Of a DNA stretch of 64,000 nucleotides, positions 23,163 through 37,000 are shown piece by piece. The stretch spans positions 558,001-622,000 of the forward strand of contig SMSO01000005.1 of the NCBI GenBank assembly GCA_004764695.1. Reading direction: 5' to 3'. The first letter of the stretch is position 1, and every line of letters begins with the position of its first letter. The translations under genes were made by a program, and so were the position numbers. The notes beneath the pieces are model-generated. The model did no database searches and was not told the DNA's origin. It was given only the letters and a program-made list of their open reading frames with translations. Source of the DNA: Schizochytrium sp. TIO01 (lineage: Eukaryota > Protista > Bigyra: Labyrinthulomycetes).

Positions 23163-24940
23163 GCTGGAAACCCCTTTAAAGTGAATAAAGGCTGTCTTGA
23201 CATGTTCAAGAACGCTTATTCGACACATGAAGACGTGCTCTGGGGTTATTTCGATGAAGCCTGATCTAAATACTAGTCTGCTTCAGAATCATGCACAGTG
23301 TTCAAATTGATTCTTAACTACAGCCTACGCTGAAGTTCAGCTTCAAATTTTGGTTTCACTGAAGTTCTTCAAAATTTGGTCTATTTTGAAGTTCTTCACC
23401 GAAAGTCATTTCTAAAGTCCCGCCCCAAAGTCTGATCTACACTCTCTACTCCATTACCGCTAATATCCTTTACAACTCTTATCTTTTTCGACTTCTTCAA
23501 GCGCTAAGGAGCGGACCACTAAACTGATGCAAGCTTGCATCAACTCTACGACCTTTTTTATGTCAACACAAGTTCTGGCCTTACGCTGAACTCGTCTCTG
23601 ATACACAATATGCAACGAACACCGCCAAGACGGTCGCTCATGCACATACGCACACATATATACAACCAAACATACAAATAAACACATAAGCATTGGTCAA
23701 GCCAGCTACAGGACCAATATTCCATCTTTTGCTGCTTTTCTGCAATTTGGGCCGCTTTTTTATGTTTGGCTGTATATATTTTTCTTGGCATGCAACCTAA
23801 CAAGACACATGAGCAGAAAAAATAAATACGGTCAAAGTCTTGTCTCTGATGCTCATGTCTTTCTTCTAATCTTACCAGCGAGAAGACCTTTCTAAAGAAT
23901 AATATCACATATACTCAATTGTCCAAATTGCTTTCAATAAGCATTCTTTACTGGATAGCTCTCGCCAAACTGTCATTCTTAGGAACACTGCTAATACGTG
24001 GCTGAAAGCACTCCCAACATGCACTTTTATTCCTGTGCATTTTCTTCTTGGAGCTCAATTTGACAAAATGCCGGTCGATAAGCTCGCGGTCTTGACTTTG
24101 ATGCTTACTTCCTTGTTTAACTCGAAAACCTTCTCATGGCTCATTGGAAAATCATCAAATGGATTATCTATCATCTTCACTTAACCCAATTTTTGTTTCT
24201 CTAAAACAGCCCCAACTATTTTTTAAAGAAATTTGTGTGCTCTATCTTCTGTTTGCAACTCAAACTAACAAGCCACATCAACAAACATTTATTTTTTTCA
24301 AACTTGATAACTTTAGACCAGCTTTGCATCCTCGATGCTCGGGACTCCATCTTACCCCTTGTCAGGTATGAAGCATCTGATGAAGCTTACAGTATTGTTA
24401 CCTTTTCCAGAACACTACTGCTACCTTCAAAGATTTGTTCATTTCTTTTCTTTGGGGGAAACAATGAATGCTGATTACCCGAAGCGTAATATGGTTGTTG
24501 CATATATTCAAATATTTTAAACCTTTTAAGTATTTATATGATAGGTATATGTTATTTTATCCTTAGCAATCTCCTTGGTAGACAGACTTACTTCAAAGAT
24601 TAAAGACCTTTAATGCAGTTATTTCATATCAATAACCAAGCTCTCGCAGTTTTGCGCTGTACTGGCAGTGGTGGAGGACCCGTTGATCTCTATAAAATAG
24701 GATCACTGGAGGAAGGTGAGACCAGGAAACTAAGACTATATAAGTTTGTGGGTTTCTGTCATTGTCACTGACAAGGATCAAAGTTATCCTAATGCAGAGC
24801 ATCCAACCTTTGTCTCAGGGACCCAATCCACTCTTCAAGTTTTCACTTTCAATTTCAGGCCAATTTAAGACAGGAATACAACTCAAACTAAATCAGGATT
24901 CTTCTTTTTTAACTCCCAGTCATGCGATCTTTAAAATTGA

Positions 24941-25552
24941 TCACATTGCCGGCATAATAACCATGGGTTTCGCAACTTCCTCCCTGGTTTCTTTGCCAAA
25001 TAAAACTTCCACACATTCGAGAGCAAACTCCATTGCCGTGCCAGGCCCTCTAGACGTCACAATTTTGGCCTCGTGCTCAACCACCACGCGATCCTCTGAA
25101 CATCCTCCTTGAGCGCTCTCAAGATCTTTCGCAAATGCCGGATGGCACGTGGCTCTGCGCCCTTTCACAATACCCAAAGGTGCTAGCACCACCGCTGGAG
25201 CGGCGCAAATTGCGGCAACCCAGGCTCCGCGCGAGTTCTGTGCCAACAATAGCGAGCGGAGAGGCTCGCTCGCGGCGAGATTTGAAGCGCCGGGCATCCC
25301 GCCAGGAACGATTACGAGGTCGAAAGATGGAGATGTAGAACTGGCATCCAGGAGGTCATCCAAACGAACATCAGCCTCAATACGCACGCCTCGAGAACAG
25401 GTGAGGGTTTTTCCGCTGTCGCAAACAGCGGCAACAATCACGGAGGCACGGGCTCTGCGCAGGACATCAATCGGAATCACGCTTTCCATCTCTTCACTGC
25501 CATCCGCCATGACAACCAGCACGGACGGTGGGGAGGAAGGGGAAGAAGACAT
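24941..25552 (-). CDS. DJ-1: DJ-1/PfpI/ThiJ family glyoxalase/deglycase, 203 aa
   Basis: ADGSEEMESVIPIDVLRRA (catalytic Glu), VPGGMPGASNL, AAICAAP (nucleophile-elbow Cys) and VTSRGPGTAMEFAL. Confidence 0.95.
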   Translation of the reverse strand: MSSSPSSPPSVLVVMADGSEEMESVIPIDVLRRARASVIVAAVCDSGKTLTCSRGVRIEADVRLDDLLDASSTSPSFDLVIVPGGMPGASNLAASEPLRSLLLAQNSRGAWVAAICAAPAVVLAPLGIVKGRRATCHPAFAKDLESAQGGCSEDRVVVEHEAKIVTSRGPGTAMEFALECVEVLFGKETREEVAKPMVIMPAM

Positions 25553-27428
25553 CGTCGAATTATGGGAAACGTCGAGACTGGAGCAAGCGGGGGCGATTGT
25601 TTAAGCGAGCACAAAGTGACGAGGAATTGAGTTACAATGTGAATCTATAGATAAATAGGTACCTGCGCCTTGCGACGACAGAAAGATATTTTCTCATAAT
25701 AGGCCTATCTAAAACCAATAATTTTGAACATTTTCATCATTGACGAAAAGCTCCTGCCTTCCAAATTGGAAGTGACTATCCTTAGTATAGTGCAATAACG
25801 CATTGGACCAAACAGAATCCTCCTGGAGGTGACCACCATGTTAGGACCTTGAACTTCGCAATTGATTGGTTTCGACCTTTTCTCCCTCCTTTTATAAAAT
25901 AAGCGGCTCAAATTAATTAGCCTATCACGGTTTCTCTAGTTTTTTGGGGTTTCGCTATTATTTGGTTATTATGAACAAATGTACAGCTTCTTACTTACCA
26001 GCCTCCTCGTTCAGCATGGTGAATGCATGAAATAAGGAATCAACTTCATGACTCATGCTCTGCGTACAACATTAGATTATTTTTGCATGTGGTGTTGAAA
26101 GTAAGTCTTCAAGTCTTTTTCGTCAGGATAAAAACTTTCTTTCATTTGAAGTTGTATGCAAGTCGCACCAAGATGTGATGACTATTTTGCTTTTCATTAA
26201 CTTTCCTTTGCAGCAAAAAAGCTCTGTGCCTATGAAAGCGTTAGAACTTACTTATATAACCTCCAAATGGTAGTGACTATTCCACCTAAATTACATATCA
26301 TAATGATTTAAGTCTTTGTTAAGAAGTGGATGTTTGGTAAGAAACTGGAATAACTAAGGGACCACTAAGCTCCAGACACTACAAGTGAAGCAAATCTTCA
26401 ATTTAAATTATCAAAGTACTTCAACCAAAAGTTTAGCGTCTCAACAAGTACCCTTCGTGTGCTATCCCGGAGGCAATCACATGTACACAAGTAACGATGT
26501 CGAACGTACCTATGGCTCTGGTTTGTTTTGGCAGCCATGAGCAACGCAACACTGACCGTATCTTTCTCTACGCTATAATGTCCTCCGCCAAGCAAAAAGA
26601 GAATATTCCAGCTCATTTGCAAAGCCGAGATTTTATTCTTGCCAGTGGTGTCAACTGGTCATTTACGGAGAGGATTGCACTTCAAAGCCATGCAATGAAT
26701 GTAGTATTATCCACGACAATCTTGGAAAATCCAAGCTTTTAAAATGCCCCAAAACCATGCAAACACGTAGCCGATCGTGATATCCACGCCCTCCAGCTGC
26801 GCCACCTATCCAAGGACATGGTTTAAGAATTGTCGTTTGGTCATATGTTAGTTTTCAACCCGCAATTGGGCCTTAGTCCACCTTCTTACCATAGGAAATG
26901 CAAGATTTGCAAATTTTGTAGGCTAATCTCTAAGTGTAGCTTTTGTCATTGTAAAGACACAATTCATTGACATGAGGTTGAAAGCTGTTCTCATATGTAA
27001 CAATCCGCAACATTGACTACGTCACATGTTCGTGCATAGAGGGAACACTTATCTTGCATAGTATGCCCTCACAACTCTCCTCCTCCGTACAGCAATCGCA
27101 CGCACCATCATTTATTCAAATGAGACAATACTTGCTATCGTCCCAATTGCTCTTTAGTTGGACATAGAACTAAATGCGCGTCGCGATGCGACCGGAAAGG
27201 TTTACCAGCAGACTGTTCTGCAATCGTTCCGTACCCTATTTCACAACATTAGTCGATCGATCAGAACAAATCAAGATAGAACCTGCAGGAGGGGTCGCGC
27301 AAAGTTTAGGCACCCAGGCACAGCCGCTCTGTAAGTGGATTTTCATTCAATTGTGGTCCTGTGCATTCATTGTTTGCTCGTGTAGCAAATAGAACCACAA
27401 GGGGTTTTGCAGAAAGAAAACAAGGATC

Positions 27429-28776
27429 ATGGGGCGAAACCGAGGCCAGACGGCGGGACCACTCGACCGCCAGTCGAGGTTCATGACCAAGGTTCTGCGG
27501 CACCGCGCGGCAGACATGGGTCTTGAAATGCGTTCAGATGGGTTTTGTGCGCGTAGAAGACCTTCTGAAACTTCAGCAACTTAAAGACATTGGCCTTGAG
27601 GATGTCAAAGCTATTGTTGCTGCTGATAACAAACAGCGATTTGGCCTTCAGCAGGAAGAGGACCAGACCTGGTGGATTCGTGCCAACCAAGGTCACTCTA
27701 TGGCTAGTGTCGAGACAGAAGATCTTCTTGAGGAGGTTGACCTCGATGGGATTTCTCTCTGTTTGCACGGCACCTATTTGCGGTTCTGGCCATTGATAGT
27801 ACGCGATGGTTTAAAGCGTATGCAACGTAACCATATCCACTTTGCAACAGGCCTTCCCGGGGACGATGGTGTCCTGAGTGGATTTCGCAACTCTGCTGAG
27901 GTGCTTATTTATCTTGATACCGTGCAGGCGAAAAAAGCTGGACTCAAAATGTATCGCTCTGCAAACCAGGTGCTCCTAAGTCCAGGTCTTGGCGACAGTG
28001 GAGTAATCCCTGTCACCTTGTTTGCTAAGGCTGTCGAGCGCCGCTCTGGAAAGCTACTTTGGCCAATAGAGGAAGGTAAAGAGTCGCAACCCCCTACAGC
28101 GCCTACTTCAGACCACCAACCTCGACAAGGACAACTAGCAAGTAAGCGAAAAGCTGGTGGCCACAACAAGAAACTATCGCACATGCTTAGCCGTGTCCTG
28201 CGGCACTCTGCAGTTGATGAAGGAATCACCATTCGTGAAGATGGCTTCGTGCGCCTTGAAGATCTCCAAACCAAACTCAAGCGTTTCGAAAATGTAACTC
28301 TTGATGACGTTCAAGCTGTGGTGCGTGACAATGACAAACAACGCTTCACACTACGCCAGGAGTCAGACGGGTCCTGGATTATTCGCGCAAACCAAGGTCA
28401 TTCCATGGCTGTTGTCAAAGAATCTTTTCTCTTGCGGGAACTTGACCCTACCACAATTGATGTGTGTCTTCATGGTACTTACAAAGAAGCTTGGGCAAAG
28501 ATTCGAAAAACTGGTCTCTCGCGCATGAACCGAAACCATATTCACTTTGCTCGTGGATTGCCCTCCGACTCCAATGGTGTTATCAGTGGCATGCGGAAAT
28601 CATGCGAAGTACATCTCTATATTGATGCCTCTGCAGCAGGCAAAGATGGGATTAAATTCTTTGAATCTGACAACGGTGTTATCTTAAGTCCTGGTAATGG
28701 TGATGGCATTATCCCTCCTAAATACTTTAAGTCTGTCACAGATCGCCAAGGCGCTTCCTTAGAAAACCTAAAATGA
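27429..28776 (+). CDS. TPT1: tRNA 2'-phosphotransferase (Tpt1/KptA) with two tandem complete catalytic modules; one extra base at 27540-27546 splits the reading frame
   Basis: ATG at 27429 gives MGRNRGQTAGPLDRQSRFMTKVLRHRAADMGLEMRSDGF, which continues in the +1 frame as VRVEDLL. Both modules carry LRH, DGFV, KQRF, IRANQGHS, HGT, RNHIHFA and SG(F/M)R. Confidence 0.9.
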
Positions 28777-31013
28777 CAAATTATGTAGATCTTAGTTGTT
28801 GAGGACTTCATGTCCTTTTTGTTGTTTGATTCCTTGTATAGCTTATACACCCTGGTTATGTACATTGTCATTCTTGTTAGAGGCAATTCTTCATCTTTGA
28901 TTGATATTCTATAGAACTTCCTCATGGGTGTACCTATACACAATTATTCATTATACCGTGTGATATTGTGAGGTTCTAAAGTTAGCATCGCCTCTGACAC
29001 CTATGATGGATGCAGAGTGACGCCAATCCTTCCTCTATATTGTGCGTGCCTGCTCGAGAATCAAATGATGTTAAAAGTCGTCTTCATTCATTATATAACA
29101 GAGCATATATGGAATAATAAAAGGAGGCAGGAGACAAGGGTACTTCTGTTGTGTAAAATTTCATTATTATGTTCGTGTATAGTAGTATTCCTTGCCTTTA
29201 GGATAGTAGGGAAGATATTCTCTGTGACTTTCACCTACTTCACTCTTATGCAAGCTCTTATGCAATCACAGATGGATGTAGATTCCGCTTCTTCATTCTC
29301 ACTACGAGAACAGCGCAACTACAAATCTTAAGGACTGTCAACTGGCCTGAAATAGTGACCAGTTATATATTCCAAAATAAATTTATTTGTATAAAATTGT
29401 AAAGATGCAGCATGATAGCTTAGGTACACATAAACAACGGTTAAGTGTATAGGGATACGCAAACGCAAGCGAGAACATGCAAGCGAGACCATCGCCTTTC
29501 ACCATAATGTTATAAATGTCTATTCTTCTGCCAAGAGCACGATACACTCAACGTTGGTCTAAGCACTAAAGACAGCATGTATGTATGTAAGGACAACAGC
29601 AAGCACCTATACCTCAAAACTTAGTAATAGACTTACTAAACATTCTAACACTATGATCTTCCTGTGAAAATACTCAGCAGCATGGATGTCGAAGCTCCAC
29701 AAATAGAATACAGAAAACACAATCTAGCAAGACGATGAAAATTGATCTTAGGTTTCAGGATCAGAATAACCAAAATGCGCACCACACCTGTTTCTGATGC
29801 TGTAGCTGTCATGTTATGGTAAAAACGTGTACAGGGCACCACTAGCCTGTTATTGTGTCGATTTTGATACAGTTTATCACACGAGAGCTTACTGACTATG
29901 TTGTAGAATGTAAATACCCTATTCAAATAACCTTGTGGACACACTCATCCAACATACTCTACTCAACTCTTACTAAAACAACCAAAAGATTCCGCTGAAC
30001 TAGACCAAGACAATTTGAGGGATTTGCTGCAATTCGTTTGAACACAATACATGTATTGATGGCTGAGATATGACTTGCCAAAGATTGTTCGTTGCAATTA
30101 AAGTTTACTCTCTGAGTGCATATACTCAATACAATGCAGCTTTATCGTGGAAATCCGGGCTAAGCATGCCATTAGGACCCTATAGCAGGCTCTGGGCACG
30201 ATCTTTATATCTTAGCGATAGTTTGTGCAGCAAAATAATGGATAAATCAAACTTCAACGAGTCTTAATTCATAGTTTCGAATCCCTACGAGGCTATATAT
30301 ATAAAGAAGGTGTGAGTTGACAGCACAGTTATGTAGGAAAAGTTATAATTATGTGGAAAATAACCTTAGTTGTCGAATCGTGGTGAATTAAAAGCTTCAT
30401 TTAAGCGTTTTCAGAGATGCCGGAGCCCATACCAAATATTAATTTGCTCAAAGTCATCAATTTCTTATTTGATAGAATCTAAAACAGCTTTATATTATAT
30501 GAAGAGCATATATATTTTAAGCTAGTTTAGACTTCAACCAAGGGGATCCAATTTTCGCTCGTCACTCTGCGTCAAGGTCGTTAACAAAAACATCAAATCT
30601 GGTGCAAGCTCAAATGACTAGGGTCAATAGGACTGCTACTAATTATAGTTGTCACTATTATTTTCCCTAGGAACCGATAGAACAGATGTAATTAACTCTC
30701 TTGGCGCTTACCTTGCATAGCAAGAGTAAATGATGCGGCAAAAAACTATCTCTGTTACTTATGTGTTATAGAGTGCATTGGCTGCGCCATGCCATATGAT
30801 AGTAGGTAAACTTTGGAAGTTGAAAGGGGCGAGAAAGGGATCACAGGTGATCTATATATAAAATGCAAATGAAAATTTAAAAGTTTGGAAAGTTTATATG
30901 CGACACATAAAATTAGAATTTGCATATGTGGATTAAGTGAATGGAATGAGTCTAGCTATAACTACTACCTATCCCTATCATAATCATGGGAACAGATCAG
31001 GAGCAAATTGGGC

Positions 31014-34000
31014 TTACAGGCGCTCAGTGGGCACGTAGATGTCATCAATCTCGGCAGCAACCTGCTTGGCGTTAGCCTTCAGCGGGGCATTACGGACAGC
31101 TTCGAGGCGGCGCAAGAAGCAGGCACCACGGAGGATCTGCAAGTTGATTTGCACAACATCGGGGTACTCGTTGGCAACGGCGGGGTCAAGGTAGGTACCC
31201 TTGATGAAGTCGTTGAAAGATCCAATCGCTGGGCCACACCAAACCTGGTAGTCCATGGCACGGTCCGGGATGCCAGCGTTTGCCCAGAAGCTCGCCAAAC
31301 CAAGGTACCAGCGGAAGCACAAGGACATCTTAAGCTTGGGGTCACGCTCCGCGCGCTCAATCTTCTCCGGGTTCTGCAACCTGTTGATGTAGAAGTCCTT
31401 GGTCTCTTCCCAAACCTCTGACAGAGACTTCTTGAAAATGCGCTTCTCCACACGTTCCAGCTCTCCAGGAGCCATGGACTCAAAGGAGTCATACTTGACG
31501 AAGAGCTCATAGAGCTTGTTGGCACGCGAGGGGAACATAGTTCCCTTCTTGAGCACCTGGAGCTTGACACCTTCCTCAAACATGTCAGCTGCTGGGGCCA
31601 TGCAGATGTCGGAGTAGGTGGCTTGTGAGAGCTGCTTGCGAACGGTGTCACAGGTTCCAGCTTGCTTACTCATCTGGTTTACGGTACCAGTGACGATGAA
31701 GGCCGCGCCCATGTTGAAGGTGGCAATGGCGGCCTGAGGGCATCCAATGCCACCACCAGCACCAACGCGAACGCGAAGGTGGGCAGGGTAGCCGCACTCC
31801 TTGTGCAGACGATCACGGAGGTTGACAATGAGAGGGAGGATGACGTGGATGGGGCGGTTATCGGTGTGGCCACCGGAGTCCGCCTCAACGGCAATGTCGT
31901 CTGCCACAGGCACTGTGCGTGCGAGAGCAGCCTGCTCTTGGGTGATCTCGCCGGACTTCAGCAGCTTCTCGAGGAGATTCTCGGGCGCGGGACGGATAAA
32001 CATTGCGGCAAGCTCTGTGCGAGAAACCTTACCGATGACGCGGTTCTTAATAACCGTGGAGCCATCAGCAGCGCGAGAGAGACCTGCAGCACGGTAGCGC
32101 ACGAGCTGCGGGGTCAAGGTCATAAAGGCGGAGGCTTCAACGACAGTGACGCCCTTCTCGAGGAAGAGGTCGACGTTACCCTTCTCGAGGTTGCTGTCGA
32201 AGGGAGAGTGGATGAGGTTGACAGCGTAAGGGCCCTTGGGCAGTTCAGCCTGGATAGCTTCGAGAGCCTTGCGTACGGTGGCGATAGGAAGACCACCAGC
32301 ACCGAGAGAACCAAGGATGCCGCGCTTTCCGGCAGCGATAACCATCTCAGCGGATGCAATGCCCTTTGCCATGGCGCCGGTGTACATGGGGGCGGATACA
32401 CCATATGTCTCCATGAAGGCACGGCTGCCAAGATCCTTGATATCGCACTTGGGCACAACAATAGATGCTTCACTTGGGCTTGCTTCAACGAGATCACCGT
32501 TGGCGTTGACACCAAGCATCAAAGTGCTGTTGAGCTCCAAAAGTTTGGCACGGAGAGCCTCAGAGGAAGCCACAACAGCTCCGGAGGCGCTGCGGGCCGG
32601 AGCAGGGGCCGGAGCAGCGGAAGGTTTGTTATCCTTGTTGAGAATAGGGTCGCGTGTGGCGTCTTGCTCCTGAATGTCGAGACGCTCCATGAACTTGGGG
32701 GCAATAGGCTGCATCTTGCGAGCCTGGATAAGAGCCTCGATCTTGGGGTCCGCAGGAGGAAGCTTAGCTAGCACCTGGGGCGGCACGAGCTGCTTTTTGG
32801 GGTCATAGCGACCATTGACCACAATCTTACGCAAGAACTTGTTCTTAGTAGGCTTCTTGCCAGCCACCATATCGTTGTAACTCTGCGTAGCCTCCTCAAC
32901 AGTCTCGGGGTGGTACAGAGGGGAGACCTTCACGCCAGGCACGCGGTGGGCTTGGAGAGAGGCAACCAGCTTGACCATGGTTGTCCAAGCATTCTCGTTC
33001 TGGCGGTCCATGGATCCGGTGACAAAAGGCTTGCTATTTCCAAGGGTGGCGCGAATTGCGGCGCTACGGTGGGCGTTGGGACCAGTCTCAACAAAGACGT
33101 CAAAGTTCTTGTCGCTAACGGTCTTGGCGATCTTAGGAAAGTCTGCCTGAACAGTGTACAGCTGTGCTGCGTATTCACCAAAGCTGGGTGCGTACTCGTC
33201 GCTGGCTCCAGTGGACTTGTTAACAAGCTTCTTCTGGTTGACGCTCGTGTACAGGTCAAGGCCGGCAACCTCGGGAATCTCGAGGACGCTATGGATCTCA
33301 GCGATCTGCTTGCCGTACGGCTCGACCACGGGGCAGTGGCCACACATACCAAGGTCCACGGGCAAAGCAGGGAGGTTGCTGCTCAGGCGAGCAATGGCAG
33401 CCTTGCAATCTTCAGGCTTGCCACTGATGAGAGCACTGTTGGCATCGTTGACAATGGTCAAGTGCACGTACTTATTGTTGGGGCCGATGGCCGCTTCAAC
33501 GGCCTCGCGGGTTCCACGTACCACGTATCCTTGCCAGAACTCGCTGACAGGGGTATCTTGGGGAATATTCCAGGCCTTGCGGAGGGCGTCAAACTCAACA
33601 GCGAGGGCCTTACGCCAGACCTCCGAGTTGCGGAGTTTAGTTGTCAGCTCCTCAGAGACAAGGCCGTTCTTCTCAGAAAAGGCAAAAACCATGGAAATCT
33701 CTCCAAGGCTCAGTCCGAAAGCAGCCTTGGGCTGGATGCCAAGCACGTCACGAGCGATGTGGGTGAAGCACATGGACATGAGAATACCGAGTCGGAACAT
33801 CTCCACCTGGTTGCGGCTGAACTCATCTTCCTGCGCCTTAAGCTCCTCCTTCGTCGAGGCGCGCGGGATCAACCATCTGTCGCCTTGATCCCAAAGCTTG
33901 TTGGTCTTGGCGTTTACAAACTCGTGAAGTTCGGGCCAGATGCGGTGAATGTCAAGGCCGATACCATAGTAAGGGCTTCGGCCTTCGCCGTACATAAACG

Positions 34001-37000
34001 CAACGCGATCGCTTGACAGTGGCTTGGGTGCAAAGTGGCTGCCCGAGGGTGATGTCCAGTCGCGGCCCATCTTAAGACTCCGCGGGATGCCCTTGGAGGC
34101 GAGTTCAAGCTCCTTCTGGAGCTTACTAGGAGAGGTCACCAGGCACAGAGCGAAGGCCGGCAATGGGGTCTTGGTCTCCTGGGCAATGCTCTCGCCGAGC
34201 AACTCCATAAAAGCAAGACGTACATTAGCGCTAGGCTGGGCGAGGCGCTCGCGAAGCTTGTCAACACGCTGCGTGATAGCGTCGTGGGAGTCTCCGCGGA
34301 TTACGAGGAGTTTGACGGCATCGTCATCGAGCGAAATGCGGCTCTTGGTCTCGTGGTGGCCCTCCACATCAGAGAGCAGCACCGTGTAGCATGAACGGGT
34401 CTCGGAAACACCTGAGACAGCTGCGTGGCGGCGAGCTCCAGGGTTCTTCAACCAGGCCCGCGAGGACTGGCACGCGTACAGAGACTTGCCCCACTGTGTC
34501 TCAGGTGCAGGCTCCTCCCAGGAGGCGCCGTTTGAGGGCAAGTAGCGGTTGTACAGACAGAGAGCCGTCTTGATGAGACTGGCAGCTCCTGAGGCGTAGC
34601 CGGTGTCACCGACAGTGGACTTGACGCTGCTGACAGCGACGTTGTGGGGCTCCACAGCTTCGTTGCTAGAGCGCTGGCTGAGAATGGCCTCAATGCCGCG
34701 GATTTCCTCCTCAGCAGTGAGTTCCTTAGGCAGAACGGAGGGGTTCTTGAGGTGGCGGGCAGAGTCAGCGGAGAGCTCGAGCATCTCAACGTCCTTGGGG
34801 TTGACGCGAGCCTGGGCGAGAGCCTCCTCCATGCAGGCTGCCGGCATGTTGCCGGGCACGATAGCGTCCATGCAGGCGTAAATGCGTTCGTCCTTGGTGC
34901 AGTCGCTCTCGCGCTTGAGGACGAGGGCACCACATCCCTCACCAACAAAGTAGCCGTCAGCGCCGGAGTCGAAGCTGGCCCGCGGGCTCTCCTGCTCCGA
35001 GACCTTGAAACGACGCGACTTCACGTAGAGATTCTCAGCGCTGGCGCAAAGATCCACACCGGCGATCACTACGGCCTCGACCTCGCCAGTCTCGAGCAAG
35101 TACTTGCCCAACTCTGCGCAACGGTAGACGGAGTTGTTGCCCTCTGTGATGGTGAAAGAAGGACCCTCGAAACCCCATTGTGAAGACACGCGGGTGGCCA
35201 CGAGGTTGCCGATGTAGGATGTGTACGAGGTAGCGGTACCGCAATCGTTGATGTAGGACATCATATCATTGAGGGCTGCAGCGGCTTCGGGACGAGCACG
35301 CTCCTTGAGGGCAACGCGGGCGCGGTGACGGTAGAGCTCAAGGTCAGTGCCAAGGCCGACGAAGACAGCGACCTTACCTCCCTTCTTGAGGCCAGAGTTG
35401 AGAATGGCACGGTCGATGGTTGTGACAGCAAGTAGCTGCATGGGGCGCAACATGTCGTCTGGCGTCATGGGCGTGCGCAGGCGGCTAAAGTCCACCTCGA
35501 CGTCCTCAATGTAGCATCCGTGGGGCACCTCCTTGACGCCGCACAGGTCCAAAAAGTCCTTGTCTTTACCAAGGAAACGCCAGCGCTTCTCAGGCAATGG
35601 CACAGCACCATGTTGGCCATTGTAGATGGCACGCTCAAAGGCGTCCAGGCCCTTGAGGGAGCCGAAGGTGGCATCCATACCGGTAATAGCAATGCGCATG
35701 TTGCCCTCCCCGCCACAACGTGAGCTGAGGGAACTGATGCTATCGTGGGTGGCACAGGCAGCCTTGGAGCGGTCAAACTCCTCAAAGACTGCGTGGGCGT
35801 TGGTGCCACCAAAGCCGAAAGCGGAGAGACCAGCGCGCTTGGGCTCGCCCTCAGTGTCGGGCCATGGGATGGGCTCAGAGACCACAAGCGGGTCCATTTG
35901 GGAAGATCCATCGACACCAGGAGTGGGCGGGATCACACCATGCTTCATGGCAAGGAGTACCTTGCACATGCCTGCGAAACCAGCTGCAACGAGTGTGTGG
36001 CCAAAGTTACCCTTGGAGCTTCCAAAGCGAGGCACCTTGCCCTCGAAGCAAGCCTTGACGGCATCAATCTCAACGCGGTCTCCCTGGGGAGTACCCGTTG
36101 CGTGGCACTCGACGTACTGGATCTTGTGCGGGTGCACGTTGACGCGCTTGTAGGTATCAATGAGGCAGGACTTCTCGCTGGGCAAGTGCGGCTTGAGGGG
36201 AAGACCACAGCCAGCATTGCTGATGGTAGCACCGAGCAGAGTACCGTAAATGTGGTCTCCATCGCGAATAGCGTCGTCAAGGCGCTTGAGAACCATAATG
36301 GCACCACCTTCACCAGGGGTGAGACCCTGACTGTCCTTGTGAAGCGGGTACGAGATGCCGTCTCCCGATACAGGCATGGCCTGGAAAGTGGAGAATCCGG
36401 AGAGAATGAAAAAGGGCTCCGGGAAGCAAGTTGCACCAGCGAGCATGACATCAGCAGCACCGGAAACGAGGTGGTCCTGGGCGAGGCGAAGGACGTAAAG
36501 GGCGGTGGCACAGGCAGCATCGACAGAGTAGTGAAGAGGACCGAGGTTAAGCTCTTCTGCTACGAAGGATGCCGGGTCCATAAAGATGCGGCGGTCACCA
36601 GCCTCGGGGTTCTGCGACTGCTCACGCTCGGACCACTTGGAGGCATCCTTGAAGACGCGAGCGCCGAGTTTCTTTTCGACGTGGTTTTGGTACACATTGA
36701 GGAGTTCGCCCTGGAGGTTGTCCATGGGAAAGGACAGGCATCCGCTCACAATACCGCACCTTGTAGAGTCGGAGACCGATGTCTCGGAGAGAGCCTTCTT
36801 GGAGAGCTTAAGGAGAAGCTCGTGTTCGTTATCGACGGAGTCATCGACGCAGCCGTAGTTCTCGTTGCAAAAGGTATCTGCAAATTTGCTACGCTCTGCT
36901 TTGAAGTGCTCGGCTCGCTTGTTGGATCCGAGGCGTTTATCGCTAATCTTAGTCCATGCAGCCTCACCGCCCATGACTACTTTCCAGAACTCTTCCTTGT

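Noticed and set aside
23460-24130. Protein-like short minus-strand ORFs between RPA34-like and DJ-1
   Set aside because: Fragmented by stops, non-ATG starts, no recognisable domain.
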